DNA of 64,000 nucleotides from an uncultured delta proteobacterium (GTDB taxonomy: Bacteria; Myxococcota_A; Polyangia; Polyangiales; Polyangiaceae): NCBI GenBank assembly GCA_963806225.1, contig CAWDXG010000001.1, positions 1,792,001 through 1,856,000 of the forward strand. The letters are read 5' to 3'. The translations under genes and the position numbers were made by a program. Under the pieces are notes generated by a model. That model had not been told where the DNA came from and made no database searches. It saw only the letters and a program-made list of their open reading frames with translations. Each line of letters opens with the position of its first letter. Positions within the stretch are counted from its first letter, which is position 1. Below are positions 19,206 to 29,921 of the stretch, piece after piece.

Positions 19206-19844
19206 ATGCGGAAGTTGCTGCTGCTCTGCGCTGCGGTTGTCGCCGGGTCGCTCGTCCCGGTCTTTTCCGGGTGCTCGAACCAGGACCTGAAGAAGAAGGT
19301 CATCGGCAACGACGCTTCGAGCGGCGACGGCTCGGTGGTAGCCGACAGCTGCGATGCCGGCGGCATCTTCAACTACCAGAGCGCGCAGTGCGAGAGCTGC
19401 CCGGCTGTCGGCGACGCGGGCATGCCGGGCGCGTGCCCGCCGGACGGCCCCGTCTACCACTGCAATCTGCTGTGCGGCGACGTGGACGTGTCGAAGAGCA
19501 GCGTCGACGCGACCCACCAGAAGATCACCGTAGCCTTCTCGTACCCGCTCGCGATCACGGGCATCCAGGGCGTCTTCTTCTACATTTCCGCGACCGCCGC
19601 CGACGGGGGCTACCTGGAGGCGGGAGACCAGCAGTACCCGACAAGCCTCGACCACAACGTCCTGACCATGGATCTGTCCAAGATGCCCGCCGCGACGTTT
19701 GCAAGCGCCACGCTGATCTCCGTGAGCGGCATGCAGCTGACCGACGCCTGCGGACGGCTCAATGATCCCGGTCTCGACTTCAGCTTCAGCAAGTCCGGCA
19801 GCACCTGGACGGCCACGTGCGCAGCGTACGACGGCGGGCCGTGA
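19206..19844 (+). CDS. Hypothetical Cys-containing lipoprotein
   Basis: MRKLLLLCAAVVAGSLVPVFSGC lipoprotein signal; coding-like GC3 bias. Confidence 0.65.
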   Translation: MRKLLLLCAAVVAGSLVPVFSGCSNQDLKKKVIGNDASSGDGSVVADSCDAGGIFNYQSAQCESCPAVGDAGMPGACPPDGPVYHCNLLCGDVDVSKSSVDATHQKITVAFSYPLAITGIQGVFFYISATAADGGYLEAGDQQYPTSLDHNVLTMDLSKMPAATFASATLISVSGMQLTDACGRLNDPGLDFSFSKSGSTWTATCAAYDGGP

Positions 19845-19959
19845 GAGGGACGTCGGCGCACGACGGGTCCGCGCAGTTGCCGTAGCCGGCGATCTGTTTC
19901 GGAGCTGGATGGAGAGAGGCGGACGATGGTCTGCCGTGGCCTAGTCGCCATGGCGTGGC

Positions 19960-20580
19960 TCATTGGATCGTCATGGCCGGGTAGACCCCGACCAGCTGCG
20001 TTCCAGCATCAGCACCCGCGTCTGCTCCGCCGTCGGCGTCCGCGGAGACATGGATACCGAGCCGCAGCGTGCCCGGGTGACGGATCTTCAGCTGGAGCCG
20101 GATCCCCTCGGCGAGCACAGGGTCGGCGTTCTGGTGCGGATTGACGAGCTCGATCTTCTCGATGATCGCGGGGGGATCGGTACCTGTGACCTCCACGGCA
20201 TCGAGGTCGGTGGTGCCGAGGTTGTTGATGCTATCGATGTCTGATTTGCCGCACCAATACGCATCGCTGGTCGGTAGAGGCTGTCCGTTGCGGCTCTTGT
20301 CCACGGCCTGCATGCCAAGATTGCCTTCGTAGGTGACCACGCTTCCGGCTGCGGAATGAACCGTAATGACGTTCGTGCAGTACGCGGGTCCTGGGGCAGA
20401 TTGCTGGGTGCATCCGGTGGACAGCACCGTGCCGGACGCGTCCGTGACTTTCCAGCGACGCAGATGTGCAGCCGCGGAGTGGTCATTGTTGTCCTGGCCA
20501 AGCCCCTTCAATCCACCACACGCCACGAGCAGGATGCAGGCGCCTATCATGGCGAGCAGGTTCCGCACCGCACGTCTCAT
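19960..20580 (-). CDS. Hypothetical lipoprotein
   Basis: GGAGG RBS; MRRAVRNLLAMIGACILLVAC lipobox; visibly lower GC than flanks. Confidence 0.65.
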   Translation of the reverse strand: MRRAVRNLLAMIGACILLVACGGLKGLGQDNNDHSAAAHLRRWKVTDASGTVLSTGCTQQSAPGPAYCTNVITVHSAAGSVVTYEGNLGMQAVDKSRNGQPLPTSDAYWCGKSDIDSINNLGTTDLDAVEVTGTDPPAIIEKIELVNPHQNADPVLAEGIRLQLKIRHPGTLRLGIHVSADADGGADAGADAGTQLVGVYPAMTIQ

Positions 20581-20852
20581 TGCCAGTACACCTCCACCAG
20601 CCCGCCGGCGACATCCGAGGCGCAGTCCGAGCGCTGCGGGGGTTGTCTTTGCATCTGTCCCCGGAGGCTGGCGGAGCAGAGGTCGGGCAGTGCGTCGTGC
20701 GGCTCACCCTTGCCCTGTGGAGCCCCGAGCCCCCGTTCGTTACTCCCATCGCCACCACTACGCTCCCACTCCATGAGGGCCTGCGTCAACCGTGGTGGAA
20801 GCGATGAGCGGCATGACAAGAGCCTGTCCGCCCATTTCCGCATGAGACGCGG

Positions 20853-22052
20853 CTAGGTGGCGGCGGGTGACGGGCGGCGGACGGTGAAGGCGAGGCCGCA
20901 TAGCGCGAACACCGCTAGCACCGCGCCGGTGATGAACGCTGCTGGTGCGCCGAAACCGAGCCAGATCAGGCCGAAAAGAGCGCTGGCGGGCAGGGCGGCG
21001 ATGCCGACGGCGCCGTGGTACCAGCCGAAGGCGGAGCCGCGCAGGTGCGCCGGTGCGAGGTCGGCGACGATGGCGCGCTCCGTCGGTTCGGCAGCGCCGT
21101 AGTAGATTCCGTAGAGAACCAGCAGGACGACCAACGCCGTGGCCGAATGGAACATCGCCATGGCGACGTACACAGCGGAATAGACGACCCAGCCCGCGGC
21201 GAGCAGCTTCTTGCGATCGACGCGGTCCGCGAGGCGGCCGCCTACCAGCACGGCCAGCGTGCGCATCACACTGTGAGCGGACCACGCCAGCGCCACCTGC
21301 TGCTCGTCAAGGCCCGCGTGCGAGAGGCGCAACAGCAGGAAAGTGTCGCTCGAGTTTCCGAGCGTGAAGAGCACGATCACGAGCAGCAGCCGGCGGTAGG
21401 TCGGGCCGAGCTCGCCGAGGCTGGTGCGTGGTGCGGCTTCGCCCGGAGCGCGCAGCGGCGCTTCGGGGATCTGCCGCGGCTTTTCCCGCACGCCGAAGGC
21501 GAGCACGAGGATCACCAGCACGCCGGGAACCGCGGCGGCATAGAACACCTGGCGCGTGGAAAGACCGAAGCCGAGCAGCATCACAGCGGCGAGCGGGCCG
21601 AGCACGGCGCCGGCGTTGTCCATGGCGCGGTGCAGGCCGTAGGCGCGGCCGCGGCGATCGAGCGGCGTCACGTCGGCGATCAGCGCGTCGCGCGGCGAGG
21701 TGCGCACGCCCTTGCCCACGCGGTCGAGCACGCGCAGCCCGAGCACCACCGGCCACACGGCGGCAAAGCCGATCAGCGGGCGCGCGGTGCCGCTGATGGT
21801 GTAGCCGGCGATGACGAGCGGCTTGCGGCGCTTCATCTTGTCGGCGACGCGCCCGGAGACGATCTTGAGCAGTGACGCGGTCGCCTCGGCCGCGCCCTCG
21901 ATGGCGCCGAGAGCGGCGGCACCCGCGCCGAGCAGCGTGGCGAGGAACACCGGCAGCAGCGGATAGATCATTTCGCTGGACAGATCGGTGAGCAGGCTCG
22001 CCGTGCCGAGCACGAGGACCGTGACCGGCAGTCTGCGGCGCTCGCTCATCAC
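20853..22052 (-). CDS. MFS transporter
   Basis: LTDLSSEMIYPLLP, GRVADKMKRRK, DRVGKGVRTSPRDALIAD; ~12 TM segments. Confidence 0.92.
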   Translation of the reverse strand: MMSERRRLPVTVLVLGTASLLTDLSSEMIYPLLPVFLATLLGAGAAALGAIEGAAEATASLLKIVSGRVADKMKRRKPLVIAGYTISGTARPLIGFAAVWPVVLGLRVLDRVGKGVRTSPRDALIADVTPLDRRGRAYGLHRAMDNAGAVLGPLAAVMLLGFGLSTRQVFYAAAVPGVLVILVLAFGVREKPRQIPEAPLRAPGEAAPRTSLGELGPTYRRLLLVIVLFTLGNSSDTFLLLRLSHAGLDEQQVALAWSAHSVMRTLAVLVGGRLADRVDRKKLLAAGWVVYSAVYVAMAMFHSATALVVLLVLYGIYYGAAEPTERAIVADLAPAHLRGSAFGWYHGAVGIAALPASALFGLIWLGFGAPAAFITGAVLAVFALCGLAFTVRRPSPAAT

Positions 22053-22129
22053 CGAGCAGGGGAGGGCGGCGCGCGGGGTGCGTCAAGCGCGCGCGGGACA
22101 CACCCCAATCCCGCGCGCGAACCTCGCCG

Positions 22130-23752
22130 CTAGAAGCTCTGCAGATCCTTCGTGACGCCGTCGTCGCCCTTGTTGGCGATGCTGGCGCCACCGCCGAGCC
22201 CGCCCTTCGCGGCGGTGCTCGCCTCGGTGGTGGTGGTGGTGGCGCCGACCAGCGGCACGGTGCCGGTGTAGGCGATGGCGATCGAGTGACCGCCGACGCC
22301 GCCGCCGCCGGGACCGCCGTGGCCCCCCTTGCCGCCGTCGCCGCCGCGGCAGCCGTTGTTGGCCAGGCCGCCGTTGCCGCCGGCCGCACCGGAGCCACCG
22401 TTGCCGCCGATCTGGCCAAGCGCACCCTTGCCGCCGGCTCCGCCCTCGGCGGCCACCAGCTGGCAGTCGGTGAGCACGACATCCGAACCGATCGAGACGA
22501 GCGCGATGCTGGAGCCGCCCGCTCCGCCGCCGGGACCGCCGGTACCACCGCAGCCGCCGCCGCCGCCGCTGCCGCCGGAAGCGCCGACGTTCGCTGTCAA
22601 CTTCGAGCAGACCAGGGAAGCAGTGCCGCCGGGCGCCTGCGCGCCGCCGCCGCCGCCGCCGCCCTGGCCGGGCTTGCCGTCGGTGCCGCTCTTGCCGGAG
22701 ACGCCGGTGACGCCGCTTTCCGTGAGCGTGCCGAGGCCGGTGGCGCTGGGTCTAGGCGTGCCGTTGGCGCCGTCGGCGCCGAGATGGCCGCCGCCATTGT
22801 CGATGGTCTTGCCGACGCTGCAGTCCCAGTTCGAATCTCCCTGTCCGGAACCGAAGCGGCCCTTCCCCAGATCCGGCTGTCCGCTGTCGCCATTCCCTGC
22901 CGTGCTGGTCCCGACTCCGCCGAGGCCGCCCTTCCCCCCGATGCTCGTATCCGCCCCGCACGTCGTGCTCGCCGCCGGCCCGCCCGGATTCGGATTCGCG
23001 TGGCACGCGTCCGAGCCGGGGTTGCCGTCCGTGCCCGTGGTCGCACTCGTCGTGAACGCCGCAGCGTCGAGCCCCGCCGCGCCCTTGCCGGCCGTGAGCA
23101 CCACGCGCACGAGCTCGATCTTCGTCGACGTGTTGACGCTCGCCGCCACGCTGCTGTCGCCGGGGGTGACGGCGTCGCTGCTGGTGAACGCGATGTCCTC
23201 GACGTGAGCACCATCGACCGCGTCGATGCCGAGCGCGGGGCCGTGGGTCGCGTCCTTCACCTCGGTCTTGTCGCCGGTGTACGCCCAGCTGTCGCAGGCG
23301 AAGCCGCCGTACATCTCGATGCCGTTGTTGGCGGCGGTGAGCTTCACGCTCTCGGCGTAGGTGCCGGCGCACGCGAAGAGCCGCTTGCCCGCGGCGGTCG
23401 CCTGTTCGATGCCCTTCTTGAAGGTCTGGTAGGGGTGCTGCTCCGTCCCGTCGCCGGTGTCGTCGCTGCCGCCGGTCGCGTCGATGAAGACGCCGTACTG
23501 GTTGTCGATGGCGCAGGGGTTGTCCTTGGGCGTTCCGGAGGCGTCGCAGGTGCCGCCGTCGCTACCCGCCGCGCCGCCCGTGGCGCCGCTGCCTCCAGAG
23601 CCGCCGGCGTCGGTTCCGGCCGTGCCGCCCTGACCGCCGGTGCCCGCGCCGCCATCCAGTCTGCCGAAAATCCCGCCGGCGCCGCTGCAGCCGGCGAGCG
23701 TGGCAGAGCCCGCAAGTATCCCGATCCCGAACATCAAGCCAAGTGAGCGCAT
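22130..23752 (-). CDS. Gly-rich PGRS-like lipoprotein with DUF1565-like N-terminal motif
   Basis: Lipobox LAGC; GSDDTGDGTEQHPYQT; long GGxGG tracts; GGGAGGSSIAL motif common in Polyangiaceae. Confidence 0.75.
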   Translation of the reverse strand: MRSLGLMFGIGILAGSATLAGCSGAGGIFGRLDGGAGTGGQGGTAGTDAGGSGGSGATGGAAGSDGGTCDASGTPKDNPCAIDNQYGVFIDATGGSDDTGDGTEQHPYQTFKKGIEQATAAGKRLFACAGTYAESVKLTAANNGIEMYGGFACDSWAYTGDKTEVKDATHGPALGIDAVDGAHVEDIAFTSSDAVTPGDSSVAASVNTSTKIELVRVVLTAGKGAAGLDAAAFTTSATTGTDGNPGSDACHANPNPGGPAASTTCGADTSIGGKGGLGGVGTSTAGNGDSGQPDLGKGRFGSGQGDSNWDCSVGKTIDNGGGHLGADGANGTPRPSATGLGTLTESGVTGVSGKSGTDGKPGQGGGGGGGAQAPGGTASLVCSKLTANVGASGGSGGGGGCGGTGGPGGGAGGSSIALVSIGSDVVLTDCQLVAAEGGAGGKGALGQIGGNGGSGAAGGNGGLANNGCRGGDGGKGGHGGPGGGGVGGHSIAIAYTGTVPLVGATTTTTEASTAAKGGLGGGASIANKGDDGVTKDLQSF

Positions 23753-23895
23753 GAAGCCTCCCAGTTATCCGCCAGTCTCCCCTGGCTCGTGGACTCACGC
23801 AAGATTTGCGGTATTGCTGGTTGATCTGCAGGCTGCACGGAGCCGTGTTCGTTGCCCCGGCGCGCGTCGCCGCCGCAGCGCGGTATACTTTCTGG

Positions 23896-24708
23896 ATGGA
23901 CTTCGGCGTCTACGCCGCGCAGCCGGACGACGCGCTCGATCTGCTGCAGGGCGCGCTGCTGATCGCACAGGACGAGTACCCGTCGCTCGATCTCCGCGTG
24001 CAGACCGCCCGCATCGATGAGCTGGCGGCGCCACTCCGCAAGACGGGCATCGGTGCTCTGCCCGTCGGCGACCAGATCGCCGCGCTGGCTGCGCATCTGT
24101 TCGAGCGTTGGGGATTCCGCGGCAACGAGCAGGACTACTACGATCCGAGAAACTCGTTCTTGAACGACGTGCTGGACCGCCGCCTCGGCATTCCCATCAC
24201 GCTGGCGATCCTCTACGTCGAGGTCGCGGCGCGCGCGGGAGTGACGGCGCAGGGCGTGGGCTTCCCCGGACATTTCCTGGTGCGGGTCGACGCGCCCGGT
24301 GGGCCGCTGATCGTCGACCCGTTCCGCGGCGGCGGCGTGCTCGACGGGACAGCCCTGAGCGAGCTGCTCGAACGTGGCGGCGGCGGGCGCGACTTCAGCG
24401 ACGCGCTGCTCGAGCCCGCGCCGGTGCGCAAGGTGCTCGTCCGCATGCTGATGAACCTGCGCAGCATCTACGCCTCGCGCGGCGACTATTCGCGGCTGCT
24501 CGTGGTGCTCGACCGCATCGTGGACCTGCTCCCCGGCGCCCCCCGCGAGCTGCGCGACCGCGGGCTGCTCTCCGCGCGCCTCGGGGCGCCCGAGGCCGCC
24601 ATGGACAATCTCCGCCACTATGTGCGCCTCGCCCCCCACGCCGGCGACGTGGCCGAAGTCCGCCGCATCATCGACCAGCTCGAACAAGGTCACGCCGCCG
24701 CGAACTGA
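23896..24708 (+). CDS. SirB1/transglutaminase-like protein with TPR
   Basis: GFRGNEQDYYDPRNSFLNDVLDRRLGIPITL; GVGFPGHFLV; RMLMNL; ELRDRGLL. Confidence 0.9.
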   Translation: MDFGVYAAQPDDALDLLQGALLIAQDEYPSLDLRVQTARIDELAAPLRKTGIGALPVGDQIAALAAHLFERWGFRGNEQDYYDPRNSFLNDVLDRRLGIPITLAILYVEVAARAGVTAQGVGFPGHFLVRVDAPGGPLIVDPFRGGGVLDGTALSELLERGGGGRDFSDALLEPAPVRKVLVRMLMNLRSIYASRGDYSRLLVVLDRIVDLLPGAPRELRDRGLLSARLGAPEAAMDNLRHYVRLAPHAGDVAEVRRIIDQLEQGHAAAN

Positions 24709-24824
24709 CCGCGCGGCTGCCGCAGGGGTTCGACGCGCTGCGGCGCGGGAGCGCCCGGCCGGTCGCTTTCGGCCGTCGGCCCGCCCGGTCCGGCATGGTA
24801 TGCGTGGCTCTGCCCCCCCGTCCC

Positions 24825-27746
24825 ATGCGCCTGACCCTCATCGTCTCGTCGACCTACAAGAAGAGCTCGCAGCTGTCCGGGCTGCCCTCGGCCGGACTGG
24901 ACGCGGAGCTCATGGAGGAGCGCTTCAGCGAACCGGACGCGCGCGCCGTGGTGGAGCAGCTCGCGGCCGGGCCGAAGCTGGAGTCGCAGCTCGAGCAGGT
25001 GCTGGCGAAGCACTGCCGGGAGCCCGAGCAGAGCGCGGTAGTGTTCTACTTCTCGGGACACGTCATGCTGCGCGAAGGCGGCGAGCTCGCGTTGCTGCTC
25101 GATTCGCGGCGCGGCGGTTCGCTGGATCTGTCGCGGGTTGGCGAGCTGCTTCGCAGCGCGGCGGAGGACGTGCTGGCGGTGCTGGACATCGTGCACGCTC
25201 CGGACGAGGAGGACCTGATGGCTTCGGCGACAGTGGTCGCCGCGGTGCGCGACGCGCTCTCGCCGAAGAAGACGGGCATCGGCGTGCTGGTGGGGGCGCG
25301 TCCATCGGACAGCGCCACGCCGTCCGGGCCGTCGCTGTTCACACGGCTGTTCCTGCTCGCGCTGGAGCATCTGACGCCGACCCGTGCGCGCAGCGGAGCG
25401 GTGCGCGCGGGAGCGGTCTACGAGGCGATGCGCGACGAGGAAGAGCGCTTCATGGAAATCCCGGCCGCGGGACACTTCCGCGGCTCGGGCGACTTCGCTC
25501 TGCTGGAGATGCCGAGCATCGTGATCGCAGCGGATGCGTCGGACAGTGTGGAAGTGAGCGCGCCGACCGCGCCGCGGGTGCCGCGCATCGAGCAACGCTC
25601 GTCACATCCGCCGCCGGCAGCGGGCAGACCGCCGGCTTCGTCGCGTCCGCGGCCAGCGGCGGGCACGCCTCCTCAGTCGTCGCGTCCCGGGTCCTCGCCG
25701 GCCGTGACCCTGCGGACGGGCCAGGCGCCGGCGAAAGCCACTCCGCCTCCGAAGCCGCCGCCCTCGTCGAAGCCCGCCGCGTCGCGTCCTCCGCCAAAGG
25801 GGCAGAGCACGGACGAGCTCCTCGACGAGGGGGACGCCGCCGCGGCCGACGGACGCCACGACGAGGCGATTGCCTGCTGGAAGCGCGCGCTGCTCGGTCT
25901 CACCACGCGCCGCAGCGCGCGGCACGCCGAGCTGTACGTGCGCATCGGGCGCGCCAAGCGCGCACTCGGCAGCGACAGCGAGGCCGTGCACAACTTCGAC
26001 AAGGCGCTCGGCGTCGATCCGCTCGATCGCGAGGCATTCTCCGCCGCGGAAGAGCTGCTCGGAGAGCAGAAGGACTGGTCGCGTCTGGATCGGCTGCACC
26101 GCCGCCGCGCCGAAGCACTGCGCTCCGACGAGGAGCGCAGCCAGGTCCACAGGGCACTCGCGTTGATGTGGCTGCGCGACGCGAAAGAGCCGCGCCACGC
26201 GATCAAGCCGCTCGAGAGCTGGCTCGAGCTCAGGCCGGGCGAGATCGACGCGCTCGAGCAGCTCGTGGAGGCGGAGGTCGCGCTGGGCCGGCACGCCGCA
26301 GCCGTGGCGGCGCGCAGAAAGCTGGCCGATGCGCTCGACGGCGACAGCTCGCGGCGGGCGCGTGTGCTGATCGAAGCGGCTCGCGAAGCGGAGGAGCATC
26401 TGCCGGACAAGCAGCAGGCCGTGGAGCTGTGTGAGCAGGCTCTCGAAGCCGACTCGTCTGCGCTCGAGGCGCTCGAGATCGCCGCGCCGCTGCTGGCGAA
26501 GAAGCGCCGCTGGACCGAGCTCGGGGAGCTGTACGAGTCGGTGCTGGAACGCACGCGCGACGCGCAGGTCGCCTGGGATCTGGCGAAGAAGCTCGGCATG
26601 CTGCGCCGCGACGAGCTCGACGATCTGGAGGGCGCGAAGAGCGCGTTCCTGCGAGCGCTCGAGCACGAGCCGGGCGACACGGAGCTCCGCTACTGGACGG
26701 CCGAGCTGTTCGAGGCGGAGGGCGACATCGAGCACGCGGCAGATCAGTTCCGCGCTGCCGCGCGCACCCGGAGCGACGACCCGGACGTCTTCCGTCGCGC
26801 GCTGTGGCTGTTCGAGAAGACGGGCGAGGCGGATTGCGCGTGGTCGGCCGCGAGCGTGCTGGATCTGCTCGGCGAAGCCGACATCAACGAGTCGCTGGTC
26901 GCCGACGCGCATCGTCCGGAGGGGCTGATCGCCGCGCAAGGCACGATCGCCGACCCGGACTGGGAGCTGTTCTACCCGGAGCGCGAGCGCGCGCTGCCGG
27001 CGGTGCTGGAGGCCGTCTCCAGCGCGGCGATCGAGCTGGCGCTCGCCCGGCTCGACAAGGATGGGCGTCTGCCGGAGCTGGATCCGGCGCTCTGCCAGGA
27101 TCCCGGCGGCACCACCACGCTGGCGCGCAGTCTGGTCTGGACGTCGCGGCTGCTCGGCATCGACGCTCCGGCGCTGTATCTGGCCGCGGACCCGCCGCAG
27201 GAGCTGGTCGTCGCGCCGGCGTCCGAGCCGACGACGCTGGTGTCACGCGCTCTGGGCAGCGGGCTCGGACTGCCGGAGCTCGCTTTCATCTGGGGCCGGC
27301 ATCTGGCCCTGTTCCGCCCGGAGCACTACCTGCTGGCGTTCTACCCGTCGCTGCGCGACATCGCCGCGCTGCTGGTCGCGGCGCTTCCGCTCGGCGGACA
27401 CGAGGCGGACGAACCGCTCGAGGGCCGGACCGCGGAAATGTCCGCGGAGCTCGAGGCGAAGCTGGACGCCACGGCGCGCGCGCGGCTGGAAGAGGCCGTC
27501 AGCGGATTCGACACGCGCAACCTGCGCCGGCGCATCGCTGCCTGGATGCGGTCGGTGCTGCTCTCCGGCGGTCGCGCCGGTCTGCTCGCCTGCGGCGATC
27601 TGCATCTGGCCGCGACGCTGCTCGAGCGCTTCCCGCCACCGGGCGGGCTCGACGCGGCGGAAGAGCTCGCCGACCTGCGCGCCTATTCGATCAGCCGACA
27701 GTACGCCGAGCTCCGCGAGCGGCTGGGCGTGGGCGTGCCGGGCTAG
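24825..27746 (+). CDS. Caspase-like (C14-fold) N-domain, Pro-rich linker, TPR repeats and myxobacterial C-terminal domain
   Basis: LPSAGLDAELM, VVFYFSGH, LAVLDIVHA, SLFTRLFLLAL; Pro/Ser linker; TPR-like helices (AVHNFDKALGVDP; AFLRALEHEPGD); RAGLLACGDL. Confidence 0.7.
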   Translation: MRLTLIVSSTYKKSSQLSGLPSAGLDAELMEERFSEPDARAVVEQLAAGPKLESQLEQVLAKHCREPEQSAVVFYFSGHVMLREGGELALLLDSRRGGSLDLSRVGELLRSAAEDVLAVLDIVHAPDEEDLMASATVVAAVRDALSPKKTGIGVLVGARPSDSATPSGPSLFTRLFLLALEHLTPTRARSGAVRAGAVYEAMRDEEERFMEIPAAGHFRGSGDFALLEMPSIVIAADASDSVEVSAPTAPRVPRIEQRSSHPPPAAGRPPASSRPRPAAGTPPQSSRPGSSPAVTLRTGQAPAKATPPPKPPPSSKPAASRPPPKGQSTDELLDEGDAAAADGRHDEAIACWKRALLGLTTRRSARHAELYVRIGRAKRALGSDSEAVHNFDKALGVDPLDREAFSAAEELLGEQKDWSRLDRLHRRRAEALRSDEERSQVHRALALMWLRDAKEPRHAIKPLESWLELRPGEIDALEQLVEAEVALGRHAAAVAARRKLADALDGDSSRRARVLIEAAREAEEHLPDKQQAVELCEQALEADSSALEALEIAAPLLAKKRRWTELGELYESVLERTRDAQVAWDLAKKLGMLRRDELDDLEGAKSAFLRALEHEPGDTELRYWTAELFEAEGDIEHAADQFRAAARTRSDDPDVFRRALWLFEKTGEADCAWSAASVLDLLGEADINESLVADAHRPEGLIAAQGTIADPDWELFYPERERALPAVLEAVSSAAIELALARLDKDGRLPELDPALCQDPGGTTTLARSLVWTSRLLGIDAPALYLAADPPQELVVAPASEPTTLVSRALGSGLGLPELAFIWGRHLALFRPEHYLLAFYPSLRDIAALLVAALPLGGHEADEPLEGRTAEMSAELEAKLDATARARLEEAVSGFDTRNLRRRIAAWMRSVLLSGGRAGLLACGDLHLAATLLERFPPPGGLDAAEELADLRAYSISRQYAELRERLGVGVPG

Positions 27747-27771
27747 CCCGGCGCGGAGCGCGTCCTCGGGG

Positions 27772-28059
27772 CTACTGCTTTTCGCACTGGTACGCGCCCA
27801 CCAGATAGAACTGGCGGTGGCACTTCACCGTCGCGGCCGTCTGGTGCTTGATGCTCGTCTGGAACGTGAAGGTCTGGAACAGCGGATTGCGTTCCATGCG
27901 CGTCATCTTCACCGCGCAGGTCGTCCCACCGCAGGCCACCGTTTGTGCCTGTCCGATCAACGCGGTGTTGTCCTCGAAGACATTGAGCAGGCCGAACGCG
28001 GTCACGGCGATCAGCACGATACTAACGATGGGGCGGATGATGCGGCGGCCGTCAGCCAT
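27772..28059 (-). CDS. Small hypothetical membrane-anchored protein
   Basis: N-terminal TM; four Cys; directly downstream of the methyltransferase gene. Confidence 0.65.
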   Translation of the reverse strand: MADGRRIIRPIVSIVLIAVTAFGLLNVFEDNTALIGQAQTVACGGTTCAVKMTRMERNPLFQTFTFQTSIKHQTAATVKCHRQFYLVGAYQCEKQ

Positions 28060-28062
28060 GGG

Positions 28063-28665
28063 TCACTTGCTCCCGCCGCAGATCTCGAGCTCGTAGAACG
28101 GCGCCGGTTGGTCCTTGGGCCACCACAATCCGCAGCCCACGTTGATCAGGTGCTTGTTGAAGATACCGCGATAGTAGGAACCATTGCGGATGAAGATGTC
28201 CGAGTCCGTGCGCGTGGTGTCGCAATTCTCGCGCAGATCGGTGCGCGTGGTGACTTCCAGGTACACCAGCCCGCGCGACATGGCGGCGATGTTGGCCACG
28301 GCGGGTGCCACGTCCGGGTCGGGTAGATACTGCAGCACGCCCTGGCAGATGATCAGATCGTGCTTCTTGCGGTCGCGCCAGCGCGCGATGTCGCGGTGCT
28401 GGAAGCCGTGCTTCTTGCACATGGCCTGGCTGACCTCGGTGCCCGTGTACGACACGCCCTTGGCGTGCTTCTGCATCCAGTACTTCCACAGGCCGATGCC
28501 CGCCCCGATATCGAGCAGGCTCTTCAGCTCGACGTGGTTGTAGCGAGCGAACGAAAAGACGAACCGAGCCAGCTCGGCGTGCTCCTCGGGCGAGACCACC
28601 CGGGTCTTCGGGGACTCGTAGAAGCGGTGGTAGTAGGCTTCGTCGAACCGCCGAAACCGATCCAT
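28063..28665 (-). CDS. Class I SAM-dependent methyltransferase
   Basis: Start MDRFRRFDEAYY; LLDIGAGIG motif I; DLIICQGVLQY. Confidence 0.85.
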   Translation of the reverse strand: MDRFRRFDEAYYHRFYESPKTRVVSPEEHAELARFVFSFARYNHVELKSLLDIGAGIGLWKYWMQKHAKGVSYTGTEVSQAMCKKHGFQHRDIARWRDRKKHDLIICQGVLQYLPDPDVAPAVANIAAMSRGLVYLEVTTRTDLRENCDTTRTDSDIFIRNGSYYRGIFNKHLINVGCGLWWPKDQPAPFYELEICGGSK

Positions 28666-28780
28666 GCTGGGCAGTCTACCCCGAAGGGGCCGCCGCGATG
28701 CGAACGCTACGCCAGTATCTCCAGGGGTCCAGTTCATGCGCTTGGCAGCAAACCATTGAAATCGCGTAAAAAAATGGTTC

Positions 28781-28809
28781 TTGCACGTATGTGAATATTT
28801 GCATATATA
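28781..28809 (+). promoter_or_regulatory. Sigma70-type promoter with overlapping palindromic operator (putative SahR box)
   Basis: TTGCAC(28781)-17 bp-TATATA(28804); imperfect palindrome TATGTGAATATTTGCATA (28788-28805, 14/18 symmetric) in an AT-rich patch. Confidence 0.6.
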
Positions 28810-28815
28810 TTCCGC

Positions 28816-29921
28816 GTGACGCACGGCGTGCCCAGTCTCGACTCCCGCTGGCAGCTCTACCGGCTGCTCAGCGACCCCTTCCGGCTGCGCCTCCTGGCCC
28901 TGGCGGCCGAGGAGGAGCTGTCCGTGGGCGAGCTGGCGGAGCTCTTGGACGAGTCGCAGCCGAACGTGTCGCGTCACGCTTCGCCGCTCAGGCAGGCGGG
29001 GCTGCTTGCCGATCGACGCCAGGGTACGCGCACCATGGTGCGACTCGCCGACGACGCTCAGTCCGACGCGGTGGTCGCCGATGCGCTGGGTGCCGGGCGG
29101 CGGCTCTGCCAGGACGAGGGACGCCTGGTGCGTGTGGCCGAGGTGGTGCGCGCGCGCGATGCGTCCACCCGGGAGTTTTTCGCACGGCCCGGCAAGGCGA
29201 GCGAACCGCCCGGTCTGGCTCCCGAGCTGCCCGGCTACCTGTGTGCGCTGGCGCCGCTGCTCGAGCACCGCGAGCTCGCGCTGGACGCGGGCGCTGGGGA
29301 CGGCGGCCTGCTCGATGTGCTGGCGCCCGTGTTCAAGCGCGTCGTCGCGCTGGATCGCAGCGAGGCGCAGCTCGGTCGTTCGCTCTACCGCGTGCGCGCC
29401 CGCGGCTACAAGAACGTCGAGCTCATCTGCGGCGAGGTCGATGGCGAGGAAGTGCGCCGCGCTGTCGGCGACGGCGCCGATGTCGTGATGGCCGCGCGAA
29501 TGCTGCATCACGCGCCGCTGCCGCGCGCGACCGTTGCCGCTCTGGCGAAGCTGGTCCGGCCGGGCGGAACGCTGGTGATCATCGACTACGGGCGCCACGA
29601 GGACGAGCGGCTGCGCGACCACCAGGCCGATGTCTGGATGGGTTTCGACGCCGGGGAGCTTGCGAGCTACGCCGAAGCGGCAGGTCTCACCCAGGTGCGC
29701 ACCGCCCCGATTCCGGCCGGCTACGTGCTGGGGGGTGACGACGCGCACCTCTTGTGGCAGATGCTGGTCGCGGAGCGCCCCGCCCAGGGCGCACCGGGCA
29801 AGCGGGGGCAGGGCGAGCGCCGCACATCGAACGGCGCGTCACACAAGAGCAACGGCCGTGGCGGCAAGAGCCAGTCACGCGCCTCGAACCACTCAACAAG
29901 CAAGGAAGGAATCCCATCGAC

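Noticed and set aside
20590..20850. Possible c-di-GMP riboswitch upstream of the 20580 lipoprotein
   Set aside because: Only scattered GGGCAA/GCAAAG words; I could not build the GNRA-tetraloop/receptor structure
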